From assembly GCF_964194025.1 (NCBI RefSeq), contig NC_134478.1, positions 38,750,001 to 38,814,000 of the forward strand: DNA of 64,000 bases, read 5' to 3'. This document shows, piece after piece, positions 25,721 through 39,784 of the stretch. The notes under the pieces are model-generated. The model did no database searches, was not told the DNA's origin, and saw only the letters and a program-made list of their open reading frames with translations. Each line of letters opens with the position of its first letter. Position 1 is the stretch's first letter. The position numbers and the translations under genes are program-made. Origin of the DNA: Convolutriloba macropyga (taxonomy: Eukaryota).

Positions 25721-26300
25721 TGAGAAATGATCTACCGACTGAATTCCCAAAATCGAACAAAACCTTTGTCCACGACTAAATTAAAAGTGGAATTTTTTAA
25801 CTTATTTTCTGACAACGTAAACAAGTATAAAAACGACTGACACAATTCGCGAGCTGCCAAATAGACTTGCCAGGTCCCAATATCAAGATGGTAGAACCAG
25901 TGCGAAAACAACGACAAAAATTTAAAAACGAAGAAGAAACAACGAATATTAAGGATTCATGCACCTCAGAACAAAGTCAAAGTAAAAAAGTGTTTGAAAA
26001 ATTTTGAGTTTGAAAAAATCGGGACCGGAACAGAAACCAATGGCAAATAAGAGAATCGCCCAAATCGATAGCTTGAGCGAAAAATCATCTCTGTCATGTA
26101 ATCATCTTTGGCTAAGAAATCACAGAAGAGACAAAACAAAAGAGCACGTCGAAGTACTGGAGTTTGATGAGTTAAAACTTCCGAGCAGTGATTCCGCTTA
26201 TATCCCACCCAAATGATAGGATTTTATTTTTATAGCTTTTTACTGTCGCTTTTTATTTTTTAAAAACTGTACGAAGACAGAATATCCAACAGTTAGTTCA

Positions 26301-26537
<237 letters not shown>

Positions 26538-26885
26538 TTAAAGATTTTTCTCTCCTTTTTCTTCTTATCGATGATGGTTAGTCAGAAATTGTTTTAACTG
26601 CACGAAACCCGAATTTCGGTTGACAAGATCAATTTGTTTCAATGACAACCAATCAGACGCTATCTGAAATAAATAAAATTTTTAGTAATAATTGTTAAAT
26701 AATGGCTGCCGTTATAGCAAACACTTCTTCCGGTGTCTCTCAGCTCAAGAAATCTCAATTCTTCAAGCCTCTGATTACTCAACTGGTCAAAAAATGACTG
26801 GCAGATATTTTTAATTATAGATTTAGGTCAAAAATTCAATTTATGCAAAGCGAAATACAACAAAACTATCCAGTTGACTATCATC

Positions 26886-27140
26886 TCAGCACCTAATTGC
26901 AGTGCCTATTGACATAAACGTTCCAAAACTGAAACCAGTGGCTCCTACAGTTTTCATAGACTGGGCGGCTATTTTGGCAGGTGTGAATCCGGCCTTAATC
27001 AGACCAGGTACTCCGAATAGACTGAAAAGGACCCCGGCAGCCGAGCCAACTCCCAGTCCCATGATGAAGCCCATTTGGACCCTCTGGAAACAAGACCCCT
27101 GCTGCTGTGCAGGTCTTCTCTGACCTCCACCGACTGGCAT
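26886..27140 (-). CDS. ROMO1: Reactive oxygen species modulator 1 / Mgr2 (mitochondrial inner membrane), 84 aa, single coding exon
   Basis: MPVG...SCFQRVQMGFIMGLGVGSAAGVLF...FGTFMSIGTAIRC matches the ROMO1 pattern (SCFDRVKMGF...FGTFMAIGMGIRC). The real start is the ATG at 27140, not the ORF-track start at 27167. Confidence 0.9.
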   Translation of the reverse strand: MPVGGGQRRPAQQQGSCFQRVQMGFIMGLGVGSAAGVLFSLFGVPGLIKAGFTPAKIAAQSMKTVGATGFSFGTFMSIGTAIRC

Positions 27141-27282
27141 CAATCTAATTAAAATCTGAAAGTTCACTTGTCAAGTTACTATGATCAATCTTCTATATTG
27201 TGGTTGTTTGGATCTATTTCTTTGTCCGAGCAATATTTGTGCAATTTTTGGTTTAATTATCACATTGGCAAAATTGTCCTGA

Positions 27283-28120
27283 CACGCTAATACCAATGTC
27301 AGCTAGCAAACACTCAATAAACTTTATAAAACCTAAAGAAATATGACTATCGGTTCAACCCGCTTCTTTTGATTTTGCTCTTCTGACTTTGACCGTATTC
27401 ACTACATTGCGTAATTCAATGCTTGAAAGAATTTAAAATCCATTCAGTTGAATGAGTGAGAAGTAAGTCGGAAGTCAAACGTGAAAATCGTGTTATATGT
27501 AAATCGAAAAACGTGATGTAAAGGTAAAGCAAATTAAAAAACATAGCCGGACAAGTCCTGACGTACAATTCAAAGAATTTTCATTGACTAAACAAAAACT
27601 AGACCTAGAACGGACTATGAGTGACTTGGAAAAACCATTTCTAAAAATGAGAAAAAACAAAATTTCTAGCGGGAACAAAAACCACTAGCGAGAAATGCAA
27701 ATTTGATTCTAACAAAAACTAGGCCTAGAATGAACTATGAATGGATTGGGAAAACCATTTAGAAAAAAGTCCGATCCAAAAGATTGAAAAAACAGTAAAA
27801 ACCAAAGTGAATAAAAGCCGCATGTGAATAAAAAACCACTCGCGAGAAAGCGAATTTTTGTTCAAACACCGTTTTTTCTCACTTTATTTTAAAATTAGAG
27901 TGAAAAAATTTTGCGCCGCAAAACCACTCGCTTTTTCGCACCATTTCCTGTTTCGGCGTGACCAAAATCACTACTCCAATTTGACTTCAAAAATCATGAA
28001 AATGTGTGAACAGATCTTTAAAAAAGACAGCGCCCCACGCCCCAATACAATCCAAATTCTTTGAATTGTAAAAAGGAGAGCGGCTAAACAATAGCCGTTG
28101 AGAGGCAGACGGCGGCCATT
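27283..28120 (-). mobile_element. Truncated family A element with nested family B (27539-28070), immediately upstream of ROMO1
   Basis: Both B termini are intact. The A 5' hairpin AATAGCCGTTGAGAGGCAGACGGCGGCCATT is at 28090-28120. Confidence 0.75.
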
Positions 28121-29796
28121 AATCAAGTTCTTTAATATTCGAAAAGCGCCGATAACTGTGCGCAGTTAAGTTCAGAACAACGTTAATTTCATTAAAAAAA
28201 TCATTGCAGTGATTAAATTGGTTCTCATTTGATTGGCGTCCAGTCAAAATACGGAGAGCAGTAGTACGAAGCGGCGATTCTTTATTTTCGCGAGAGAAAG
28301 CAAACATTTATTGCAATTTTCAAATAAGCAGATTGGTATTCAAAATAATACGTTTCGTTTTTCTACTGAAGAAAAAATGAGCAAAAGCTTAGGGTGAAAG
28401 ACGGCAATTTTTTTGAAAATATTTGCTGCTTTGTTACAAAACTAAATTCGTACAAATCTTTAATCTTCATCAAAAGATTTTAGCCTTACATTCGTTTACA
28501 ATTTCTAATTTGGATGTCTTCGAATTCAAAAAATCTACTTCTTGCGAACTGAAGCAAATACACCGCAAACAATCTACCTTCTTTCCTACCTAAGCGTTTG
28601 CTCATTTGCTCATCAATCGAAAACCCAACGCATTATATTCAATACCATTTTTTTACTTTGAAACTAGCAACAGAAGTTCGCTTTTTCTAATGAAACCAAA
28701 CATCGCTCTGTTCTACTGCTCTCTATGTTTTCACTGGATGCCAATCAACTGATAACTAATTTCATTTGAACTGAACTTTATTTCTAATCAAATGTTTGGA
28801 TACCGAAGTGTCGTGTTCTTTTTTTTCCATGAGTCGAAATCCTAATACAATTATCCAGAAAAAAAGAAGACTGACATACTAAATTATGTAAGAATGGAGC
28901 GCCTGAAGGCGTGAAAAGGCAGAGGAAATGGAAAAAAAACTTAAGAGCATTTATCTTCGCGAAAACAAAAAGGTACTAGTATCTGTTCAAGGATTGATTC
29001 AGTTCTCATAAGCTGTCGAACAGGAACAGTATCCCATTCATATCAAAATTATCAGTCCCACAAAATTGACATTCGATCGGACAAACTTGACATGTTCTTA
29101 ATAATTAGAAAGTTAGAACAATTTGAAATACAGAAAAAGTTTTGCAAAAGCGCCATGTTCCTCAATACTCCCCGTTCCATTTTGATGACATAATCAAAAA
29201 TCTCATCATTTTTAAAAGTATATCTCAATAATTTTATACATTTAGAGGTCATATCTTGGTTTAAATTCATTGATTGGATTCAATTTGTGAGCAGCATTCC
29301 ATAAACGAGAACGTTAACACTTGATTTCGCTACATTGCTCTCGTTGGAGTGATCTCGATTGCTTTGAAAGCTGGATTCAGTGTGTTGAACTTTTATACCT
29401 TAGCCAATCTATCAATATCTTAACAGTATCAATACTAGGGTTCAGATTGTCTCAAAGTTGAAAAAGTTACCAAAAATATGAAATTTATATCATGTACAAA
29501 CAAAATAGATTTCAAATAGAGAAGAAAAAGGCAACCATGTAAGTGATTAACATTCTGATGATAGTCTGAGCAACAATAAGGCACATTAATTGAAGATGAA
29601 GTTGCTAAAAGAACCCGCACCTGTTTCATCTAAGAGGGTGAAAATATATAATCTTATCACCACACAAGATTGCTGTTACGTAATTACTATTCTATATCCA
29701 ATAACTTCCAATCATAATCCAATTAATTTTTATTTTTATAATAGCAACTGAAATTAGATATTAGCTCTTCTTCAGCTGATATTGGTTCTTGATATG

Positions 29797-29931
29797 CTAT
29801 CTGCTCAAAACATTGGCAGCGTGTCTGTCCGATAGTTCGACATTCTCTTTATTTTTCGCCGCTTTCACATTCACCCGATCAATCATCTCGTTTTGGGTTT
29901 CGATCTCATTGCCCATTACTTTTGCTTTCAC
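29797..29931 (-). CDS. SNAP25: SNAP-25-family exon 2 (not in the ORF track): VKAKVMGNEIETQNEMIDRVNVKAAKNKENVELSDRHAANVLSR*
   Basis: Acceptor TTTTAG at 29932-33, phase 0. Completes the Qc SNARE helix (MGNEIETQN.MIDR). TAG at 29797-99. Confidence 0.9.
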   Translation of the reverse strand: MKAKVMGNEIETQNEMIDRVNVKAAKNKENVELSDRHAANVLSR

Positions 29932-30610
29932 CTAAAAGTCAACGTTTATAGCTGCTTAACATTTGAAATACTGCCTGGCACACTTTTTCACTGCAACAAA
30001 AATTTAATCGCCGACTTTTGTATTACCACTCACCGCGACTACGAAAATTCATGTAACTGTTTATTCGATCTTGTCTGAAAAAAATTATCTGCAGCCCCTT
30101 TAAAATAACTTAAAACCGTGCCTACAAATGACTTATACAGACACTCGGTAATGGGGACGAAACATGAGCTTAGCGGCTATTCTTGTTCAGCCACATTTGA
30201 TAGATTGTTTTAATTCACATAAAAAGCTGTAGATAAAAGCTTTAATCCATAGATCCAAGCGTGGAATTTTTTAATCTGCTATTACGGCGAACAATTGTTT
30301 AGCGATTTCAAAATTCTTATCTTTTAAAAAGATAGGAAGTGGGAAATTACCAAACAACATTTTTTATTCAACTAAATTGAAAGCCCCTGCTCAAGCTCGT
30401 TTCACTGCAAAAATACTATTTACCTTTTCAAGAAAATTTCTATCAATTTACATTCTTATATACTTTTATAACTCCATTGCATGAATAAAAGCGCCCGAAA
30501 ACATAGGTTTCAAATTTACTAATTAGTGTACAAAGAATGTTTCAAGTTCTTTCCAAAATTGGTCCCTTATCATCTTGGACACTTCTTCAGATAGGTTTCC
30601 TTAAAAACAA

Positions 30611-31447
30611 AAACATAGCCGGCAGATTGCCGGAAAATAGCCGCCTGTGACCTAACAAGAATTGAAACAACTAAAGAAATAAGATTGACAGATCGACCAC
30701 CAGCTTTTTAATAGACCACTAGACTTTTTGGGTTAGATTCGGACTGTCATTTTTATGAGACACATTTGCTCTACAAGGAAAAAGCCCTAATGGAGCCTTT
30801 TCAAAATTAATATTCGATATTAAAACTCAAGACTCTATTACTCAGGAATTAGGGCATATAAATTTGGCACTACTTAGATGCACACAATTGACCTTTAATT
30901 AGTAAATGTTCTAAAATTTAAAGTTCCATAAGTGAGTTGAAAAATCATTTTTTAGTGAGTTAAGTCACGCAATTGACCTAAAAGCAGAAATGACGTCACG
31001 ATCACAAATTTTAACTGTAAAGCAGAAGTCACTGAAGTCATTGAAAAAGTCAATTCCAAGAAGTCAGGGTAAGACGAAACAAAAATCTGTTAGAAGAAAT
31101 AAAAATCCGACCCAAAAAATTGAAAAAACAATAAAAACCAAACTGAAATTGCCGCATGTGAACAAAAACCACTAGCGAGAAAGTGAACTTATGTTCAAAC
31201 ACCGTTTTCTCACTCTACCATAAAATTAGAGCGAAAAATTTTCACGCCGCAAAACCACTCGCTTTTTCGCACCATTTCCTGTTTCGGCGTGACCAAAATC
31301 ACTACTCCAATTTGACTTCAAAAATCATGAAAATGTGTGAACAAACTTGAAAAAAAGACAGTGCCCCAATACAATTCAAATTCTTTGATTTCTTAAAAAA
31401 AACCAGGAGCGCAATAATAGCCACCTGGAATTGCTGACACGGCTTTT
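30611..31447 (-). mobile_element. Family A-type element with a truncated family B insert (~31085-31395)
   Basis: AAACATAGCCGGCAGATTGCCGGAAAATAGCCGCC at 30611; B right end at ~31369-31395; degenerate host end at 31416-31447. Confidence 0.65.
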
Positions 31448-32939
31448 AATAATAAAAGAACGAGAAAACTTCCTCAGTGACTCAAAAGGCAAGCGACAAT
31501 GACACGTTTCATTCACAAGCAATCGTTAATACAAAGTGAGCATAGGATTTTCATTGTCTTCCACACAACAAATTCGTTGATAAAATCTTTTATCATTGTT
31601 TCTCTGTTCTACAGAAACAAAATATTTTTCCCACAAATCTGAGAAGTGAAGTAAAAAACGGGAAGTTTTCTAAATGAGTTCAAAAGAAAAAATTTGAAGT
31701 TTGAAATTTGAACTTTAAGAAGCGTTTAGTTGCATTCCCAAAACAGAAAAACCTGTTATATGAATTTATGAGCAAATTCAATTCATTCCGAAATTTAATA
31801 ACATCAGAATAAAAGATGTTTTGGCAGGGTTGCGTCTTCTGGAGTTTATCTAAGCTGCCCACAGAGGTGATTTCTGTCGACCAAGATTTTAAAATCATGA
31901 AGAGTACTTCTTTTTAATTATCGCTATTTTCCCTCCTCACTTTTATCTCCTGTTAAAACCCTTTCCAAATTGTCTAAAGAGAAATTCCGAAACATTAGCC
32001 CTAGTTATAGTAACCCAATCAGTATGATATATCTGATAAATGTTCGTACTATTGATATCACAACTTAAGACAAATAAGAACAAAATAACAGTTCCGTGCT
32101 TTACTAACCAGAAAATTTAACCGAGTTGCCAACAGAACCCTTTTTGTGATCTTACAGCAAAATAACAATCTCAAAATGCCTAGTTCCACTAGACAGCGTA
32201 CTTCTGCATCAAAAAAAAACTCTACACCAAAGGTCCGCTACAACAGTGGTTGCTATTTTGCTGTTGAATCGACAATTACTTCATTTGTTTGCCTATGCGA
32301 ACATACTTTATCCTTAAATTTAAAGGTCATCTTTGGTACTTATTCAACAGTCAAATACCAAGGAAGAAGGATTTTTTAGGTTAAACAATCTGATGTCAAA
32401 ATAAATAAAATAAACTAATATAACGCGTTCCTAAAGTAAGCAAATTGGATCCATAGCCAATTTAAACTATCAGCAAAAATACCTTTCTAAACCACCCAAA
32501 AACTATTAAATCGCATGCAGTAGGTAAACGTTAAAGATCTTCCAACATTCCCCGTACTAAAATTCAACAGAACCACAATTTTTCAGAGGTCAAAAATTTG
32601 AGCTCAAAGGTTTTTTCGGGGGGTCAATATATCATTCGGAAGTGTTCAGGGTTGTTATAAAAATATTGTCGCGCAATACGCTTTTATAGGTGCACTTAAC
32701 TACCAAATTTTGCAGCCCAACTCCAATTATCACACAAGCAGTTCATGCACAACCTTCTAGTGGTTATTCAGCAGGTGACAAAACATCAAAAAGGTCATAG
32801 CTCGTAATCAAAGAAAATCAAAGAAAAACCATAACACAAAAATTGAGAACGATGTGCCCATTTTTCATTTGAAATGCATTGTCAGACTCTTAAAAACAGT
32901 GGTATCAATTTCAGGAACTTAAAATTAACACAGCATCAA

Positions 32940-35900
32940 CTAAAAACTATTTCTACAAAAACCAAATTACAAACAAGAAAACTGTGACAATTGGACGAAA
33001 AACGGTAAAAACTCATGTACGCGCCATTCTGTCAAAAACACTTTTCAAAGTCAAAAAGCCATTCAAGAACGCAGCGCATGATCAAAAACCAGAAAAAATT
33101 AGTTCACACTTCAACTTTACAATTTTCGCTAAAAGTCAAAACACTGTCTGAACAAATAGTACTTCCGGTAAACAAAGCATAGCCCAAAGAATTCCGGACC
33201 CGACTCAAAGCATCGGAAATTTCCAAAAAAAACACTAATTGCAGCCGGAAGCATCTTTTAACTGAAAACAATTATTCTTTGCCTCGAAAGATTTAACTGA
33301 AATTAATCGGTAGAAATTTCAACCCCCGCGTAACAATAAAAATTTCAGTATTGACATCATCGATGCAAGATAACATAAAGACAATTTTATTCGCAATCAG
33401 AATTCATGCAAAAAATCACAAAATTAAATCATGGAGAGATTTTGATTAAAGGAAGCCCGAAAAATTTGTATGCTTAGGAACATCTGGTAACGTTGAAAAA
33501 CAACCACAAAATATGAGACGAGAAAAACCAATACGCTCAAAAAACCGACCGAGCTAATAACCTTGCAGCAAAAAATGGCATCAAGAGCTCTAAATTATTC
33601 AATTAACTCTGCAACTCTGATGACCCTATGGAAAAACATGACGCCGAGAGCATTCTCATAAACTGAAATTTGTTTTAAAAGATTAAAACCAAAATTTAGG
33701 TCTACAAAAAACAGAACTTTTCGTTGTGGCGTCAGAGCATTTCAAAAAATTCAATGATTCTGTGGTGCTGGAGTTATTTTGCTTTCAAATTGAATTCAAA
33801 CTATTGCAAACAAAAAGAAAACGTCAAGAAAACATAAAAAGTTTAAAACTCAAAGGCAAAAAATATCTATTATGATCAGAATATAGCCACTAGTAGAAAA
33901 TCATTAAAAACAGGCATAGGTCAATTGATTCACAAAAAATTCAAAAACTAATAGTATTTCCAAAAAAATTTCTGAACTGCATCGTATTAAAAAAATCAAC
34001 TGCAAACAAAAGCGGGAAAATCAATAAATTTGTTACATATTTTAAACAATTTATATAGGCACAACAAATACAACACATTTCACGTCAAAACTCAAGCCAT
34101 ATGCCAGAAATTAAAGGTTAGGATCACATTGTAAAAATAGTAAAAAGGCAACTTTGAAGTTGAAAACCAAATTGATAAAATGTAACAAGAAAGTACAATT
34201 CATTTAGAATTGATAACTCAGTAAAATTACATAATCATCCTACCTAAAAATCGGATTAGTACGTGTACGATGTCATGAAACAAAAACATTTAATTTCAAA
34301 AAGAGATTTTCAAGGCATGTACTATTAAAGTGACTCTGCCATAAACATTGAATACAGTGGAGTTCCCTCACTGCTCCAAAAACAAAAAATTTTAAAAAGC
34401 CAAAAATTAAGTAAAAAATTGAATATGAGCCAATTTTGTTCTTGAAACTCAATATCAGGCGCTCAAAAACACTGATAAAAAATTCCATGTCCTTAAATAT
34501 TGATGCAGATTTGCCCAAAAAACATTCGGCAAAAAACAGCCAATTAGACAAAAAAACGGCTAAAACCAGCTATTTGAACGCGCTATTCTCTCAAGTACAG
34601 CTTCAAAGTCCAAAAGTCATTCACTCGACGCTGCATATGAACAAAAAACTATCGATCAGAAAAATTTAATTCAAACATCAATTTTTCGCACTTTCGCTTT
34701 TAAGTCAAAACTCCGTCTGAATAAATAGTACTTCCGGTAAAAGCAAACATAGCAAGACAAGTCCTAACCTAGAATTCAAAAAAATTCATGGACCAAACAA
34801 ACAATAGACCTAGAATGCGCTATTAATGGACTGGCAAAACCATTTAGAAAAAAAATCTCTTCGAATCGAGAAAACAATGATTGTCAAAATGCAACGTGTG
34901 ATCAAAAACCACCAGCAGGGAAGCGAATTTTTGTTCAAACACCGTTTCATTACTCTGCTTTAAAATTAGAGTGCAAACATTTCACGCTGCAAAACCAATC
35001 GCTTTTTCGCTGCACTTCATGTTTCGGCGTGACAAATCATTGCCCTAATTTCACCTGAAAATCATGAAAATGGGTGAGCAGATCTTAAACATAGCCGGGG
35101 AAAACGGGGAAATGACCCGAAGTAGAAGACTGACCACCCGTACTGATTAAATGATCCTCCTAATTAATTATACAAAGCATTTTGAAACAACAGGCAAATT
35201 ATTAATATAAAATCTCTGACAACCAAAAATTAATCCATCTGATTTCTTTACACAATGTGACTCCAAAAGAACTACTGGGAAAACACTTTGCGAGACGATG
35301 ATTTGTTGTACAAGTAAAGATTACCAATTCACAGTAAAACCAACAAAAACATCACAGCAAACTGGTGGAAGGGAGAAATGAAGGACAAAAAAAATCGCTA
35401 AAAAATTCTTGAAAAAAGTATCCATAAAATGCTACGAAGCTACTTCCCACCAATATTTTGAGAAAAACTTCTTATTACTTCTGCTCAGTCACTTACGCAT
35501 CAAACACCTGGAAAACATTGAACAACAACAAAAGCAAAGAGCGAAAAAAAATTGTTTTAGGCGCAAAAACATACGAAACAGGCCAAAATTTGCATTAAAT
35601 TACTCAATAATGTTTAAACATAGCCACCAGATTGCCGGAATAGCTGCGAAAGAATAGACTTGCGTGCCGTATAATAGATAGAATATAATAGAGATAGAAA
35701 CAGATACAGATATGTAGAAAAATTCATCAAGTTGAAAAATTTATCGACGCCGCTCAAAAAACTATAGAAAAAACATTTAGCGATAAATTATTAAAGCTTG
35801 TTAAAAATCATTGCGCAGAAGCCATTTCAGTAGGAGCTTTATTACTCATATGAGTTCCTTTGACCTTATTCAAATTTGAACTAATTCAAGTTAATCTTGT

Positions 35901-37349
35901 GTTTTAAAGTGCAAAAGTCATTTTATTGAGTGTGTAAGTCACGTGTGATCAAAATCTAATCACGCAAATGACCTAAAAACTCATTCTAGAGAGAGAGAGA
36001 GAGAGAGAGAAATGACGTCACGCGCGCAAGTGCCGTTAGTGAGATGAAGAAGTCATTCAGAAAATTTGACTTTTTCAGCCTTGCTGTGTGAACAAATCTA
36101 AAACGAAAAAGAGCGTCAGACGACGAAACAAAAACCAAGGTTTATTGCAATATAGTTCCGCTTAGCTTACAGCTTTGCAGCTATAATAAAAACAACTCAA
36201 AATTAATAAATTACATCTACAGGCAGCCAGGTCAACTAAAACAGCTAATTTGAACCGTAGAACTCAAAATGCAATAAAAATCGGAAGAAGAATACAGAAA
36301 CAGCTAAACATATCCGGCAGATTGTCGGAAAATAGACGCCGTTGACGCACATTGGGATTGAAACAGAAAAACGAAGAGATAAAAATTAAATTCTTTTGTT
36401 TCCTAAGTTTCAAAAAAATGTTCTTAATCGGTGTGCAATTTCAGATTCTAAACTACATAATTCAGCTAAACTGAAAGCGACTAAGCTGAATAATAAAGTC
36501 AGCTAGCAATCTCTCTAATGAACTTTGATAACCTAATGCTCTATGACTTACTGACCGGGCTTTATCTGTTCATCCCTTTTCTCTTGATTTGCTCTTTTGA
36601 CTTTGACTGTATTCACTACAATGTGTTTTTAATGCGTGAAAGAATTTAAAATCCATTCAGTTGAAACAGTGAGTGAGGTAAGTCAGAAGTCAAGCGTGAA
36701 AATCGTGACTTATGTAGCGAAAAATGTTATCAAAAGGTAAAGCGAATTTTAAAAAAGGAGAGCGCCTAAATAATAGCCGCTGAGAGGCTGACGGCGGCAA
36801 TTAAAAACCGTCCAACATGGCAAAATGTTAAAAACAGTCAAAATTCAATCTTTTAAGTTTATTTGTTACTTCAGATGGTCAATGCTTTCAAACGGACTAT
36901 TACTAATTTGGGTGAACTATACGCTTTGGGTGAACTATGGGTGGACAGCTTTAATTGAAAATTGGAGTTTAAAGTAAAAACAACTGCTTTGAAAATGCCG
37001 CACGTGATCAAAACAATAGCTCGCTTGACGATTTTTTTCACACCTTTTATCGCTCCGACTCGAAAAAGAGACATGAACAGAAAACGACTCTCTCTACTCT
37101 GTTCTTCGGCAGTCTGACCTAAACGCTTGCTTTCACGCATGTCACTTCCTGTTTCAAATACACTCCAACAAAATTACGGATCAAAAAAGACGCTCCACCA
37201 ACACTCACTCTTCGAGTCGTAAAAAAGACAGCGCCCCGATACAATTCAATTTTTTAAAATTGTAAAAGTCCTTTAAAAAACCATTACTTCTCTTAGAATC
37301 GTAAAACCTAACAAACCTTCGAAAAACAACTACTGCTTTTCGCGTGGTA
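32940..37349 (-). mobile_element. Five-level nest G0[G1[B[G2[E,A]]]] in the SNAP25 intron
   Basis: Left ends at 33175 (G1), 34745 (B), 35087 (G2), 35616 (E) and 36306 (A). Right ends at 36184 (E) and 36802 (A), then stacked at 37221 (G2), 37264 (B), 37303 (G1) and 37349 (G0). Confidence 0.65.
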
Positions 37350-37696
37350 ATAAAAAGACGCATGTTTATAATATTTAAACTGCGTTCGGGGGCAATCAAT
37401 TCCAAAGAATGCTCCAGAATACAATTTTGACGAAAACTGTTGCAATCAGTTTGATAATAGTTGAACTTCATAGAATCACATGCATAATTCAAGGAGTATG
37501 CTTCTTTATTGGTGTGAATGTGTTCTGGCGTTCTTTATTGGTGTGAATGCAATCTGATGGTGTGCTAAATATATTTTGCTATTTGGGACTGTTTTGCCCT
37601 GGCTATTTTGCCAAGGACTGTTTTGTTAGTTCACCATTTTCCGTTGATTGTTCTTTTAAATTATAGACAGATTTAGTAAACTATAACTGTTGTTAC

Positions 37697-38188
37697 CTTC
37701 AGATCTTTCAAATAGGATGAAATATCTTCCATATTTGCTTCCATTTCGTCTTCCCGTTCATCTCCTGTTATTTTCTCAATGTATCGACCATTAGCTTCTT
37801 TACCGTGGCTAAATTTGTTATTTGAAACGTTTGTCGATTTTGGACTCTTCGTGCTTTTACTGCTCGAAGATCCACGATTTTTAGCTTTGGTGTAATTAAT
37901 CTCAACCGTGTCTGCCGAATATGTTTTCAGACTTTTCTTCCGTCTACATGGACATAAACACAATCCACAAAATTTGTCCATCTGTGTAAGATTCCGTTCT
38001 GCAACTCTGATTTCTTGGTCTATTTTGTCCAGATTGTTCTCAACTCGATTGAGTTGTTCACGTTGAGTTTCTAGATTGGCCATCGTGTCAATAGCAGCCG
38101 AGTCAGCATTTGAGAGGTATGCTTTCATCCTGTTCGTACTGGCCAACGACTCGTCTGTCACGTTATCTATTCTAGTATTGTAGTCCAT
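37697..38188 (-). CDS. SNAP25: SNAP-25/23-family Qbc SNARE exon 1
   Basis: TDESLASTNRM, Qb helix LETQREQLNRVE, palmitoylation cluster KFCGLCLCPC, YIEKITGDEREDEMEANM; donor AAG|GTAACA at 37695-96. Total 208 aa. SNAP25 versus SNAP23-like paralog cannot be resolved from sequence alone. Confidence 0.88.
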
Positions 38189-38396
38189 TTCAATTAGTTA
38201 GATAGATGTACAAAAAGACTATTACGAAGGATTAGAGATTCACTGATTGTTGATGATTGTCGGAGACATAAGGCACTGAAAATAATTAGGACTTCAAACA
38301 TTTACCTGCAGATAATTTGACATTGTTTTATAAGCACGCGTGAATAAACAAAGTGAATGCGTTTTTACGCGTGCAATGCTGCTGCAATTTATAATT

Positions 38397-39050
38397 AACA
38401 TAACCGACTAACGTCGGGCGAATTGCTCTCAAACAACCGGCGAGCGGTTGGCGTCGTCACTAAGCAAGCCACGTGATGTTAAAATCTTGAAAAACATTCC
38501 ATTACATTTACAAACTATACAGCAACCTATTATCAAACCCTAGAGGAGGCTCCTTGACACCTAGGGCTGGAAAAACACAAAATGACCAAAAATTTCAAAA
38601 AGCTTGAAAACAATGTGAAAATTAGTATAATTTGCGTGTTTCTGTTTGGATTACCAAAACATATAGCTCTTAAAACGGTCATAAAAAGTACTAGTGTCTT
38701 GCAAACTATCTTTATCAACTGTAACCAGCCTCAGTTTTAGACTGGTCCAACAAAAATTCGAAAAATGACGGAAAACGCGAAAAAATGCAACATTTTGGGT
38801 TCACAAACTCCTGAAAAGGACCCTTTAACCTTAAACTATGGTCTTCCCAGTAGCTTGACCACACTAAGCACTTGAAGGACTACTGAACGCGGCTATGGGC
38901 CTCTAATGCCCGCTGGGCGCTACCTGTTTATCCCGTTATTAAAGAAGAAAAGTCAAATGGGTCAGACACAAAATCGGTCAAGCGAAAAATCGCATAAAAA
39001 AAGACCGACAGGACTAATATAATTTCTACAAACTTCGTTTGAGAGCAAAT
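38397..39050 (-). mobile_element. Family C element between ACTR6 and SNAP25
   Basis: AACATAA-CCGACtaacGTCGG-gcgAATTGCTCTCAAAC ... GTTTGAGAGCAAAT. Confidence 0.8.
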
Positions 39051-39187
39051 AATAAGGATGTAACAATATCATTTATGAATGATTACATTCTCCATCGTGG
39101 AAGAGGTATAGTTCTGATATCTTTAAGCTATGGAAAACTTTTCTATGTTTTAGCATTTATTAAAACACAAATTCATCGAAAACAATC

Positions 39188-39784
39188 TCAAATATTAAAC
39201 TTTTCATTGCAATAGTCACTACCTTTTTCTAAGTACTCTTTTCTAGATATTAATTTAGTCGAGAATTCCGGCGAAGCTGCCAGCACTTTTGCACCTTGCC
39301 AGGCGTAACTAACAGGATCAGTAGGCGTGTGAACACTCACACTCATATGGCAATCAGCCAAATGTCTCACTTCTGTTTCAACCCGTTTTTTGAACCCAGG
39401 TAAACAAGCATTGCCTCCTATAAGGACAACATTAGACAATAAATCTGGATGGAATACGTGATCAACTTTGGACACTGAGTGCATAATACATTCTGAAACG
39501 CCCATTTGTTTAATTCCGATGTCGGCAGGGCTGAACAAAATCTCGGGAACTGAAAATCGTTCGTTGTTCATTCTGATTACCTGTTTTCCTTGAACAGATT
39601 CGTCCTTCTTTCGAATGTAGCCTCTTCTCACGTCCAGATAGTCTGGTAAAATATAGTCTCTAGATATAGTGTTTTGAGCCCCTTTCAATCCAGCTGTTTT
39701 CATGTCGCCGTAAAAATCGCTACTGACAAAGCAACAATCTTCTTTACATTGATTCATGACGAAAGTCTCGTCTAGAACGTGCAG
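39188..39784 (-). CDS. ACTR6: Actin-related protein 6, last exon
   Basis: Acceptor TTTTAG at 39785-86; LHVLDETFVMNQCKEDCCFVS, DYILPDY, NERFSVPEILFSPADIGIKQMG, AWQGA. Confidence 0.94.
   Translation of the reverse strand: MHVLDETFVMNQCKEDCCFVSSDFYGDMKTAGLKGAQNTISRDYILPDYLDVRRGYIRKKDESVQGKQVIRMNNERFSVPEILFSPADIGIKQMGVSECIMHSVSKVDHVFHPDLLSNVVLIGGNACLPGFKKRVETEVRHLADCHMSVSVHTPTDPVSYAWQGAKVLAASPEFSTKLISRKEYLEKGSDYCNEKFNI

Noticed and set aside
28500-29629. Short minus-strand ORFs (29052-29270, 29435-29629) suggesting a hidden gene between SNAP25 and ROMO1
   Set aside because: All frames I translated contain frequent stops and no recognisable motif. Most likely 3' UTR or decayed sequence.
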